A DNA stretch of 64,000 bases, from the NCBI GenBank assembly GCA_050123235.1, contig JASFHL010000003.1:50077-114076 (forward strand), written 5' to 3'. This document shows positions 10,401 through 18,693 of this stretch, piece after piece. Position 1 is the first letter of the stretch, and the number at the start of each line of letters is the position of its first letter. Origin of the DNA: Candidatus Woesebacteria bacterium. Its GTDB lineage: Bacteria > Patescibacteriota > Microgenomatia > UBA1400 > PJMF01. The notes under the pieces were generated by a model. That model made no database searches, was not told the DNA's origin, and was given only the letters and a program-made list of their open reading frames with translations. The position numbers were made by a program, and so were the translations under genes.

Positions 10401-11612
10401 TCAATTTACTCTCAACTTCCCACTCATTAGTCTTGGTAATAAAGAGCCACGTATTGATGATAATTTTTCGTTTTCCAAGGCATTTATTTTAATTTGCTGA
10501 AATATGGGTTCCATCGAATTGTGAAACTTTCGTATCAATGCTGTTTGAGGTGATTTTAATTTGTAGTTTCGAATAGCATCAATTTGAACTCGTTGTCTCC
10601 CAGAGCTTCCGACCATGCTTTTAATTGCATGTTGTCGAAATTGCTCATTCCTTACTAAGAAATAAACATATTCTCTATACTGATTGTCGTTAGGTCTGAA
10701 AACTATATATTCCGTGGAACCAAAAGCTAGCTCACCAGCTTCTAAGAAGCTTACCAGGGCACTTTTGCCATTCTCTAAGCAGGGGGTGATTCTGGCCATT
10801 AGTGAATCACCGTTCCTGAATTTTGAACCTCCTTTATAAGGTTTGCTAATCTGAGAGGAAACCCACATTCCTTGTTCTGGTAAATCTTTCATCTCAACAT
10901 ATTTGGTAGTTTCTCCTTTTTTTAAACTCTCTCTAGGATTCAATTCAATAAGACTTTCTAGTGCTATCGCGCCTTCCAAGGCTTCTGAATCCACAAACCA
11001 ATTCTTAAACAGAGCCTTACCCATTTCCTCCAGGGTCTGATTCGTCTTTCGATTTAATTCAATTTTTTCATCGAGAGAGCCCAAAACAGAAGCTATCTTT
11101 AATTGCTCATCATAAGACGGTAACAAAACCCTTACTTTTCTGAACTCCGACTGTCTTATGCCTTTTACAACTGAGCCAGTAGCTCTAGAAACAAGCTCTT
11201 GTTGTCCTATGTATGAAAGCAAGTAATATTTAAGAAAAGTATTGTCTAGTTCACCGTCTTTTCCCCGTAAAGTTAACAGCCTTTGGGCTAAACCTATATT
11301 TGCAGTATCAAGCTGAGCAACTTCACCTAAGGGAGCTTCTGTAGTTATTACAACGTCTCCTTTTTTTGGCAATCCTCTTGTCATCCAATTTTTCCAAGTT
11401 TCTTTGGTAATATACTCAGGATTGGAATAATCTATCCTTCCCGCCTTAACAACCTTTGCAGTCACAAGAGGTATCCCTGAATTTGTTTTTGGAGGTGTCT
11501 TGCCTCTGTAGTCAATAATTTTATCCAAGACATCAACGGATTTTACTATTCTCCAACTTTGGGGAATCTCACCAATTTCTGTTTGTTTGTAGTTAGTTTG
11601 TTGTTTAGTCAT
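10401..11612 (-). CDS. hsdS: type I restriction-modification specificity subunit
   Basis: 403 aa, two target-recognition domains separated by conserved central/terminal coiled repeats (LPSYDEQLKIASVLGSLDEKIELN ... LLPRLMSGKL). Confidence 0.85.
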   Translation of the reverse strand: MTKQQTNYKQTEIGEIPQSWRIVKSVDVLDKIIDYRGKTPPKTNSGIPLVTAKVVKAGRIDYSNPEYITKETWKNWMTRGLPKKGDVVITTEAPLGEVAQLDTANIGLAQRLLTLRGKDGELDNTFLKYYLLSYIGQQELVSRATGSVVKGIRQSEFRKVRVLLPSYDEQLKIASVLGSLDEKIELNRKTNQTLEEMGKALFKNWFVDSEALEGAIALESLIELNPRESLKKGETTKYVEMKDLPEQGMWVSSQISKPYKGGSKFRNGDSLMARITPCLENGKSALVSFLEAGELAFGSTEYIVFRPNDNQYREYVYFLVRNEQFRQHAIKSMVGSSGRQRVQIDAIRNYKLKSPQTALIRKFHNSMEPIFQQIKINALENEKLSSIRGSLLPRLMSGKLRVN

Positions 11613-12360
11613 TTCTGCTTATTAAGTCATAGGCTAGACTTGCCAATGATATGTAATGAATAGCCAAGTTCTTATCTAATTTTGTTGCTGGAGTATGTGA
11701 TTTTTCATTTCTTAAAAACTGTATAGCCATGTGTAAAAATTTAATCCCTTCGAAAAAATCCCTCTCTGCGTCATCTTTTGGCAAATGTCCAAATATTTTT
11801 TGGTAGTTACTTTTGTTAAAAGCATCTGTAGCTTTTTCTTTACCTGTAATATCTTTTAGTTTTTTTCTTACCACTTTGTAGGCTTCTTCAACCGCATTAA
11901 AATAATGACCATCGTTTAGTAAATTTTGAACATGATTAAAAATCTCATCTTGAAGCGTAATAGTGATATTCCCATTTTTGAAACTTGCTTTAAGCGCAGC
12001 CTCTTCTTTAATTGTTGTTTTACCAAGCAATCTTTGGGCAATCTTATTACCAGCATTTACTCTTGCCTTTGGAAAATCGTCTCTGTTGAGATTTTCTACT
12101 AAAATTTGAGTTTCAATATAAGAAATCAGTTTAAGAATGCTTTTGGCAACAGTGGTGTCATCGGCAGTGGACCAAAAACCCCGCATTCTATTAGCCTTTG
12201 AACCGCTAGCATAGTTATATTTCTGGCTATAAATTTTAATCTTCAGGTCATCTCTAAAAAACTCTCCCATTGTCCTGTCTGAGAAATTCAAAACATATCC
12301 ACTCTCCATCTGAAAAAGCTTTTCTAAGATTTGTTTTTCGTTTGTCGTTAAATTAGCCAT
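11605..12360 (-). CDS. HEPN-like (Rx4H motif RNEKSH) Abi_C/TIGR02391-like protein embedded in R-M operon
   Basis: C-terminal helical region with FLRNEKSHTP; 8-nt overlap with hsdS start and 2-nt gap to hsdM stop. Confidence 0.45.
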   Translation of the reverse strand: MANLTTNEKQILEKLFQMESGYVLNFSDRTMGEFFRDDLKIKIYSQKYNYASGSKANRMRGFWSTADDTTVAKSILKLISYIETQILVENLNRDDFPKARVNAGNKIAQRLLGKTTIKEEAALKASFKNGNITITLQDEIFNHVQNLLNDGHYFNAVEEAYKVVRKKLKDITGKEKATDAFNKSNYQKIFGHLPKDDAERDFFEGIKFLHMAIQFLRNEKSHTPATKLDKNLAIHYISLASLAYDLISRND

Positions 12361-12362
12361 AT

Positions 12363-13901
12363 TTATAAATCAAATCCTACTTTTGCTAAGTTCTCTTTAA
12401 TTTTCTTTTCTAACTCTTTAGACTCTTTGAATTGTTGACTTAACTCATTTGTGAGTCTTTTCATTTTCTCCTCAAACACCTCGTCATCTTCCATCTCAAA
12501 ATCTGTACCTACATAACGACCAGGAGTTAACACAAAACCATTCTTTTCTACTTCTTCAGTTTTGGCAGCCTTACAAAAACCCTTAACATCTTCATACTTG
12601 CCATTCTTATTTCTCCAGTTGTGATAAGTGTCAGCAATTCTTTGTAGCTCTTCTTCTGTCAACTCTCTATGCCTTCTATCTATCATCTTGCCTAATTGGC
12701 GAGCATCAATAAAAAGAATTTCATCGTGGCGGTCACGGAATTTGTGGTTATATCTATCTCTACTTACAAACCACAAAGAAGCGGGAATGCCTGTTGTGTA
12801 AAAGAGTTTATCTGGCAAGGCCACAATACAGTCAACCAAACCAGCCTTGATTAAACTTTTTCTAATCTTTCCCTCATTAGAAGTATTGGAAGATAAGGCC
12901 CCATTGGCCATGACAAACCCAGCTATACCTTCAGGGGACAAATGATGAATAAAATGCTGAATCCAAGCATAGTTGGCATTTCCTGTTGGAGGCGCACCAT
13001 ATTTCCAGCGCACATCGTCTCTTAGCCTCTCTCCACCCCAATCACTATCATTAAAAGGAGGATTAGCCAAAATAAAGTCTGCTTTTAGGTCCTTGTGTTG
13101 GTCATTATGGAAACTGTCTGCATCGGAAGTACCAAGGTTACCCTCAATTCCTCTAATAGCCAGATTCATCTTACAAAGGCGCCAGGTAGTAGGGTTGCTC
13201 TCTTGCCCATAAACTGAAATATCGCCAGTCTTTCCTCCATGCTCTTCTACAAACTTCTCACTCTGCACAAACATACCTCCAGAACCACAACAAGGATCAT
13301 AAACTCTGCCCTTGTAAGGCTCTATCATCTGAACCAGAAGTTTAACTACTGAGGCTGGAGTATAGAACTCACCACCACCCTTACCTTCTGCACTAGCGAA
13401 TCTCCCAATAAAATACTCATAAACTCTGCCCAATATGTCTTTAACCTTAGCTTCTTTATCTCCTAAACCTAGAGAGCTGAAAATATCGATAATCTCTCCT
13501 AAGCGCTGTTTGTTAAGGTCTGGTCTGGCAAATCTTTTTGGAAGTACGCCTTTGAGAGTAGGGTTGTCCTTCTCAATGGCTATCATGGCATCATCAACAA
13601 GCTTACCTATCTCTGGTTTCTTAGCATTTTGCTTTAAATAATCCCAACGAGCCTTTTCTGGTACCCAGAAAGCATTTCTAGCTTTGTAAGCATCTTTATC
13701 TTCCCATTCACCATCAAAAGCGTCTTTGTCAGCCTTAATTGCTTGGTAGATATCTTCAAAAGAGTCTGAAATGTATTTGAGAAATATCAAACCCAAAACT
13801 ACATGCTTATACTCGGCTGGGTCCATATTGTTACGCATTTTATCTGCGGCGGCCCACAACTTTTTTTCAAAGCCAAGATTGGCTGTGGTTCTTTTTGTCA
13901 T
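12363..13901 (-). CDS. hsdM: type I R-M DNA methyltransferase subunit (N6-adenine)
   Basis: NPPF motif (ILANPPFN), AdoMet motif, conserved HsdM N-terminus [16 protein letters not shown]; ORF-track start 13991 is a 30-aa over-extension that runs into the upstream HTH gene, so start set at 13901. Confidence 0.85.
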   Translation of the reverse strand: MTKRTTANLGFEKKLWAAADKMRNNMDPAEYKHVVLGLIFLKYISDSFEDIYQAIKADKDAFDGEWEDKDAYKARNAFWVPEKARWDYLKQNAKKPEIGKLVDDAMIAIEKDNPTLKGVLPKRFARPDLNKQRLGEIIDIFSSLGLGDKEAKVKDILGRVYEYFIGRFASAEGKGGGEFYTPASVVKLLVQMIEPYKGRVYDPCCGSGGMFVQSEKFVEEHGGKTGDISVYGQESNPTTWRLCKMNLAIRGIEGNLGTSDADSFHNDQHKDLKADFILANPPFNDSDWGGERLRDDVRWKYGAPPTGNANYAWIQHFIHHLSPEGIAGFVMANGALSSNTSNEGKIRKSLIKAGLVDCIVALPDKLFYTTGIPASLWFVSRDRYNHKFRDRHDEILFIDARQLGKMIDRRHRELTEEELQRIADTYHNWRNKNGKYEDVKGFCKAAKTEEVEKNGFVLTPGRYVGTDFEMEDDEVFEEKMKRLTNELSQQFKESKELEKKIKENLAKVGFDL

Positions 13902-13929
13902 AATTTTCTTAATTCTCTTTTTATTATTT

Positions 13930-14109
13930 TCAACTATTTTCTTTAAGATATTTTTTAATATCTTCTTGGCGATAACGTCTATCACCAACACCCTTACGAC
14001 TTCCGATTCTGACTGCCTTTAATTTACCTTGATTATCCCAACGTCTTAGCGTTTCTGTGTTTACTTTTAATAATTCAGCTGCTTCTTTTATTGTTAGTAA
14101 TTTCTTCAT
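13930..14109 (-). CDS. excisionase/MerR-like HTH DNA-binding protein (59 aa, below ORF-track cutoff)
   Basis: [36 protein letters not shown]...; paralogous to 15793..16017; first gene of the R-M operon. Confidence 0.5.
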   Translation of the reverse strand: MKKLLTIKEAAELLKVNTETLRRWDNQGKLKAVRIGSRKGVGDRRYRQEDIKKYLKENS

Positions 14110-14202
14110 ATCAGTGATTCCTCATTGATTAGTGAATTCCATTTAATTATACATCCCTTCTTGTGTATTTGAAATGATAACAGTAAAATATAACTACAAA
14201 AT

Positions 14203-14308
14203 CAGAGCTGCGAAACTATAGCCTTTGGCGTGTCTTGAACCCAAAAAGGGGCGACTCTCGTAGGGTTCAAGGCTTCGCAGCTCTGAATACTGGGGGTCGT
14301 CCCTTTTT
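14203..14308 (+). ncRNA. candidate structured RNA/DNA element: nested stems plus pseudoknot-type pairing
   Basis: P1 14203-14214/14274-14285 (12 bp perfect), P2 14233-14242/14263-14272, loop 14243-14255 complementary to 14296-14308 (13 bp with one G.U, wobble only valid for plus-strand RNA). Confidence 0.3.
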
Positions 14309-14338
14309 ATTAATTTTGGATGGCCCAGAAAGGTAATC

Positions 14339-14674
14339 ATGGGCCTATTTTTTAAATCTGACGAAGAAAAGAAAAAAGAAGAGAAAGCAAAGCTTGAAGC
14401 AGTTCAAAAGCAAACTAATAAACTACTTCAAGGCTTAGGCTTAGACTTTGACAACTATTCTGAAGACAATTTAGAAGAAAAAAACAAAAACGATATTACA
14501 GCTATTGCTAAAACCACGGGTATAGGTGCAGCTGGAGAGCTTCTCTCTTCATTTAATATGTCCAACTATGAAAAAATCGCTACAACTCACCTAGGCACGC
14601 TTATAAAACAAAATTGGATCATCATCCGTCAACTCGAGTTAATCACTAGATTTCTTAATAAAACAGAAAAATAA
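14339..14674 (+). CDS. hypothetical protein
   Basis: ORF track; AAAGG SD upstream. Confidence 0.4.
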   Translation: MGLFFKSDEEKKKEEKAKLEAVQKQTNKLLQGLGLDFDNYSEDNLEEKNKNDITAIAKTTGIGAAGELLSSFNMSNYEKIATTHLGTLIKQNWIIIRQLELITRFLNKTEK

Positions 14675-14838
14675 ATGTAACTTTACTTGACATCGCAATG
14701 TTTCTTGAATAACCTAAGAATAGGTATAGTTTCAGTAAAAGGTCTAGGTCTAGCTATTGTTGCTGGGCCTTTTTGTTTCTAGGCATAGTGGAGGGTGAGA
14801 TTCCCACCGAGGTTTGATTTTATCTCTGGAGGGAATCT

Positions 14839-15585
14839 ATGTTATATAACAAATCAAATAAAAGGCCTGTCGGTTGGTGCTTAATTCCACCCGAAGTTAT
14901 GGCAAGAAATGATTTATCTAATAGTGAAAAGCTTTTACTAGGTAGAATTAATGGTCTAAGGAATGAGAAAGGTTACTGCTATGCAACTAACAGATGGTTG
15001 GGAGAACAAATCGGATTACAAGAAGGAACTATTTCCAATATTATTAGTTCTTTAGTAAGAAAAGGTTTAATTGATAGAAAAATCATAAGAGATGAAAATA
15101 AGGAAGTTATCGAAAGGCAACTTTACCCTATTGAAATTACACAATGGATATCTGCTAAAACAAAGCTAACTCAATCTAGCCACGAAATAATTGATACCCC
15201 TGTCCATGAAAACGTTGAAGGTAGTATTAGAGATTTTAGTAATAGATATAATAATAATGGTAAGGCAAAGCCTTACACAAAAAGTGTTTTTGAACATATA
15301 GAAGAAAATCCTAGTATATACGAAGAAGTTAATACTGCTATCGACTACTACATTAATAACTACCAATGCCTTATAAGGAAAATGCACCCAAGAATTACTT
15401 TGGATCAATGGTCATCGGTTAAATATGGATTTGAGCTTATTGCTGGAGAATACACTCCAAGCATAGAAGAGTGGGAGAAAATGATAAACAAATGGTTTGA
15501 TATGAATATCCGTACAGATTACAACATCATCCATTTTAGTACGGGAGATTTTATTAAAAATAGGTATTTTGAAGAGTGTTACTAG
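14839..15585 (+). CDS. HTH_36-type winged-helix protein (plasmid/phage replication-initiator-like)
   Basis: N-terminal LSNSEKLLLGRINGL...GYCYATNRWLGEQIGLQEGTISNIISSLVRKGLIDR pattern; GGAGGG SD. Confidence 0.5.
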   Translation: MLYNKSNKRPVGWCLIPPEVMARNDLSNSEKLLLGRINGLRNEKGYCYATNRWLGEQIGLQEGTISNIISSLVRKGLIDRKIIRDENKEVIERQLYPIEITQWISAKTKLTQSSHEIIDTPVHENVEGSIRDFSNRYNNNGKAKPYTKSVFEHIEENPSIYEEVNTAIDYYINNYQCLIRKMHPRITLDQWSSVKYGFELIAGEYTPSIEEWEKMINKWFDMNIRTDYNIIHFSTGDFIKNRYFEECY

Positions 15586-15792
15586 AAACGTAGTATTTTA
15601 ACGAACTTTACTCATTAATGAGTCTTTTAAAAGAAGAGTCAAAACGCTGATTTTAAGGCTAAAAGCAAGAGTATCCTTGTTTATGAATTAATCACGAATC
15701 AATTTTGATAACCCAGCTTATGTCAATCCTTAAATCATAAGGAGAGATATAACAAAGAAAAATGCGTCAAATATGAGAGACCCATCCAGTTT

Positions 15793-16017
15793 TTAAGATG
15801 ATTTCTGCGAATCCTGAGCACCCCCATCTACGCCAGATTCATCGATAAATATCTTAAGATCAGACTCAGAGAAACGATATTCACCCTTACCACTATCTCC
15901 AGGGAGCTTAATAAACTTTATTTTCCCATCACGACACCAACGTCTAACCGTTTCTGGATTGACGTTAAACATTACTGCTACATCTTCGATAGTTTTGTTG
16001 TAGGTAAGTTCACTCAT
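15793..16017 (-). CDS. excisionase-family HTH DNA-binding protein
   Basis: VAVMFNVNPETVRRWCRDGKIKFIKLPG typical excisionase/MerR-type HTH. Confidence 0.55.
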   Translation of the reverse strand: MSELTYNKTIEDVAVMFNVNPETVRRWCRDGKIKFIKLPGDSGKGEYRFSESDLKIFIDESGVDGGAQDSQKSS

Positions 16018-16064
16018 ATATTAGTGATTGTAGTACTTAGTGGCACTAAAGTCAATTTAGTTGC

Positions 16065-16093
16065 TTGACATTGTATATAATATTATGTAATAT
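16065..16093 (+). promoter_or_regulatory. sigma-70-like promoter TTGACA-17-TAATAT
   Basis: seen in sequence upstream of recombinase gene group. Confidence 0.4.
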
Positions 16094-16137
16094 GGTAGTA
16101 TAAACGTGTATGCAGGAGTACTAATCACATGATTAAA

Positions 16138-16302
16138 CCAACCATAAAAGACAATAAAGACTGGATGGGCTTAGTAGCTCAAAAACTAGCCGAAATAAGA
16201 CTTTCTGAAGTAGGTTTTCGTTTTGTACCTGGAGTATTCCCTGCTTGGAGGCGTGTTAGAAGATTTTTAGAGGCAAAAGCCAGAATTATTAATTCAAACT
16301 AA
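16138..16302 (+). CDS. small hypothetical ORF (54 aa)
   Basis: ATG shortly after predicted TSS; no motif. Confidence 0.2.
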   Translation, partial: PTIKDNKDWMGLVAQKLAEIRLSEVGFRFVPGVFPAWRRVRRFLEAKARIINSN

Positions 16303-16329
16303 ATATTTTATAGAAAGGAGTAATAAAGT

Positions 16330-16494
16330 ATGAAAAAAATAATAGGTTATTCTCGCATATCAAGTATAAAACAGTTATCTGACAATCAACTAGCTAAAAG
16401 TCAAAAAGAACTGGTTGCTGAATATGTGAATAAAAATAGATGCAAATTAATAGTGACGAATAACGATAGATTTTGCAGAAAGGGAATGAAATGA
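16330..16494 (+). pseudogene. serine-recombinase N-terminal fragment (54 aa) directly upstream of full-length recombinase
   Basis: MKKIIGYSRISSIKQ.. mirrors catalytic N-terminus (xxGYxRVSTxxQ); stop overlaps recombinase ATG (ATGA). Confidence 0.4.
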
Positions 16495-17996
16495 AAAAAG
16501 CAGTTGTCTATGCCCGAGTTTCAGACCCAGGACAAGTTGGAGGTTTGTCACTCGATGTTCAAAAGGAAAAGTGTGCAGAATGGGCAAAGAAAAATAAGTA
16601 TCAAGTAGTCGGGGTATATGAGGATGGTGGCAAAACAGGAACTAAAACAGTAGGTCGTGAAGGTTTAGAAGATATGATTATTCAATGTCAAGAAGAAAGC
16701 ATAAATGTGGCTTTGGTGATAGATACAGACAGAATTGCTAGAAACGAATTTGATCATTATAAAATCGTACACATTCTTAGGGAAAGTAACACTCAACTAG
16801 TAGCAATAAACCAACCAATGATAGATGATTCTGCAGAAGGTAAGCTCATGGAAGGCATGTTAGCCAGTATTAATGCCTTTTATAGTCGTCTAACAGGTCG
16901 CAAGGTTAAAAAAAGTCTAGAGAAGAAGCTCAAGGATGGTGATTGGCCTGGTTGGGCTCCTCTTGGTTATAAGAATGTTAATCTAGGCTCAGAAGACAAA
17001 CCCCATCGTGTTATTCAAGTTGATGAGGATAAGAGTTCCCTCATTAGTGAGTTATTTAAACTTTACTCTACGGGTAGCTATTCGGTTGACGAGCTAGTAG
17101 ATCATATAAACAAGAGGGGTCTAAGAAGCAAAACAGGCAAAAAAATGTATCGCAGTATTGTTTATGAGATGCTTAAAAACCCTTTCTATATCAGCTGGAT
17201 GAAATATAACGGTCAAACTTATAAAGGAAAACATAAAGCCTTAACCACACCAGAAATATTTGAAACCTGCCAGAAAATCATGGATCGGCACAACCATAAT
17301 GCCTGCAGAAGAAGAAAGTACAAGTGGCTTTTAAATGGTTTTGCTTATTGCCAAGAGTGTAATGCAAGACTTTATGGAGATAGGGTTAATGCGAAAAATA
17401 AGGCCTATTATCACGGCAACTCTAGAAGTGGTTGTAGTCACTACATTCCTTTAGATGAGCTTGAAGACGCTGTAGCAGACGAATTTAAGAAGATCGAGTT
17501 ATCAAAAGAGTTTATCCAAGCAGTTTTAGATAAAGCTAGAGAGCTTATCAAACAGTCTAGAGACTCCAGAACATCTGAGATAAACGGCGTGAGAAACGCT
17601 ATCAAAAAATTAGAAGATAAACGCAATATTCTTGAAGATAATCTCTTGGACCAAACCATTGATAAAGAGTCATTCAAGCGTAAACATCAAGACCTTAATT
17701 TTCAAATTCAAAACTTAGAGAATGATATAGCTACTATTGAAAACCAGAGAGGCTTTGATGTTGATGTGATAGAGGAGGTCTTAAAGCTCACCAACAACAT
17801 CTATGAGGTCTATTGTGATGCTGGCTTTGAAGCCAAGCGCCATTACTTAGCTATTTTCTTTGAGAGATTTGATATTAAAGACAAAAAGGTGGCAAAAGTT
17901 ACCTACACACCACTCTTTAAAAAGCTACTTGACTCGAGGAAAGTTAGAGTAAGTAGTAACTGGCTCCCCAGGTGGGACTCGAACCCACAACCTTGA
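16491..17996 (+). CDS. large serine recombinase (resolvase/invertase N-domain + recombinase domain + zinc ribbon + coiled coil)
   Basis: MKKAVVYARVSDPGQ catalytic motif, CQECNARLYGD zinc ribbon; likely start ATG 16491 (track start is TTG at 16473); 3' end overlaps tRNA-Asn. Confidence 0.85.
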   Translation: MKKAVVYARVSDPGQVGGLSLDVQKEKCAEWAKKNKYQVVGVYEDGGKTGTKTVGREGLEDMIIQCQEESINVALVIDTDRIARNEFDHYKIVHILRESNTQLVAINQPMIDDSAEGKLMEGMLASINAFYSRLTGRKVKKSLEKKLKDGDWPGWAPLGYKNVNLGSEDKPHRVIQVDEDKSSLISELFKLYSTGSYSVDELVDHINKRGLRSKTGKKMYRSIVYEMLKNPFYISWMKYNGQTYKGKHKALTTPEIFETCQKIMDRHNHNACRRRKYKWLLNGFAYCQECNARLYGDRVNAKNKAYYHGNSRSGCSHYIPLDELEDAVADEFKKIELSKEFIQAVLDKARELIKQSRDSRTSEINGVRNAIKKLEDKRNILEDNLLDQTIDKESFKRKHQDLNFQIQNLENDIATIENQRGFDVDVIEEVLKLTNNIYEVYCDAGFEAKRHYLAIFFERFDIKDKKVAKVTYTPLFKKLLDSRKVRVSSNWLPRWDSNPQP

Positions 17997-18035
17997 AGTT
18001 AACAGCTTCCTGCTCTGCCATTGAGCTACCGGGGA
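17961..18035 (-). tRNA. tRNA-Asn (anticodon GTT), CCA encoded
   Basis: hand-folded: acceptor TCCCCGG/CTGGGGA, D-arm GCTC-AATGGCA-GAGC, anticodon loop CTGTTAA, T-arm GTGGG-TTCGAGT-CCCAC, discriminator G; one G.A at top of anticodon stem. Confidence 0.65.
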
Positions 18036-18282
18036 TTGTAAAAGAACTCAAAAATTATACCAATCAATTATTCAAAATACCAGCTATCCAGCCGAGGGTT
18101 TTTCTCTGTCAATCAAAGCTATTAACAATTATGTCTTTGTAAATCGTTCTTTTGGTATACCAGTGATATCTGACCAAAAACTTATCGTTTTTTTTCATTA
18201 TTATTATAATGAATCTAAATTCGGCCTCGTAACTTGCTGCTATCGACTTTCCCAAATTTTTTTAGCCAAGCAAAATTTTAAA

Positions 18283-18684
18283 TTAACTTTTCTTTTTCCT
18301 CCATCTCAAAAAATCTTTCCCCATATCACCACCACTGATCAATATTCCCAAAAATAAAGTCCCCCAACCGCTCAGATATAAAATCATGGGTACAAAGTCA
18401 TTAAAAAAAACGTCAAACCACCTCTTGGCTCGATGATGTCCTTCTTCTTGAATGACCGTGGTCACAGTTTGTTCTTGCAGAGGATCTACCACGTGTTTGA
18501 GATACTCAAATCTGGCTAGTAACAAAACAAAGGCTAGCAAAAAGAAAACATAAACTCTTCTTGGTTTTCGCAGTAATAATACTAAAGCCAAGATAATCCC
18601 CAAAAATAGAGCAATGGCATCGCTGTTATGCAAAAAAGTGAGGTATACCAGTCTGGCTAGGCCAGTTTTGAGGGCAGGGTTCAT
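18283..18684 (-). CDS. hypothetical membrane protein
   Basis: several hydrophobic helices; no motif. Confidence 0.4.
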   Translation of the reverse strand: MNPALKTGLARLVYLTFLHNSDAIALFLGIILALVLLLRKPRRVYVFFLLAFVLLLARFEYLKHVVDPLQEQTVTTVIQEEGHHRAKRWFDVFFNDFVPMILYLSGWGTLFLGILISGGDMGKDFLRWRKKKS

Positions 18685-18693
18685 AGTTAATTT

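Larger units (their letters stand above)
381..17977. mobile_element. candidate tRNA-Asn-integrated genomic island (~17.6 kb) carrying a type I R-M/RloC defence cluster
   Basis: bounded by 14-bp direct repeats, one inside tRNA-Asn; serine recombinase abuts and overlaps the tRNA 3' end; excisionase-like HTH genes and HTH_36 replication-like gene inside. Confidence 0.4.

Noticed and set aside
14234-14272. tRNA gene interpretation of the GGGTTCAAG/CTTGAACCC motif near 14250
   Set aside because: The two halves are partners of one hairpin with a 20-nt loop, not a T-arm. No acceptor, D or anticodon arms can be built around it.
13435-15408. Antisense ORFs inside hsdM (12973..13212, 13435..13641, 13771..14022), the antisense ORF 15166..15408 inside the HTH_36 gene, and the other ORF-track entries under 100 aa lying opposite or alternate-frame to called genes elsewhere (17441..17677, 18737..19326 group, 21030..21266, 23499..23711, 31335..31520, 33706..34088, 36939..37157, 40009..40209, 42037..42342, 48154..48396, 53568..53789, 54319..54734, 55823..56008, 58681..58872, 62038..62229, 62951..63166)
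   Set aside because: Each is embedded in a longer ORF with clear family motifs and shows no independent start signals. These are typical six-frame noise.
16473-16490. TTG start at 16473 for the serine recombinase
   Set aside because: ATG at 16491 gives the canonical MKKAVVYARVS N-terminus and is preceded by a GGGAA SD. The upstream codons belong to the resolvase-fragment ORF.
18163-18357. 64-aa plus-strand ORF after the tRNA
   Set aside because: It overlaps the 3' end of the better-supported membrane protein gene on the other strand and has no RBS.
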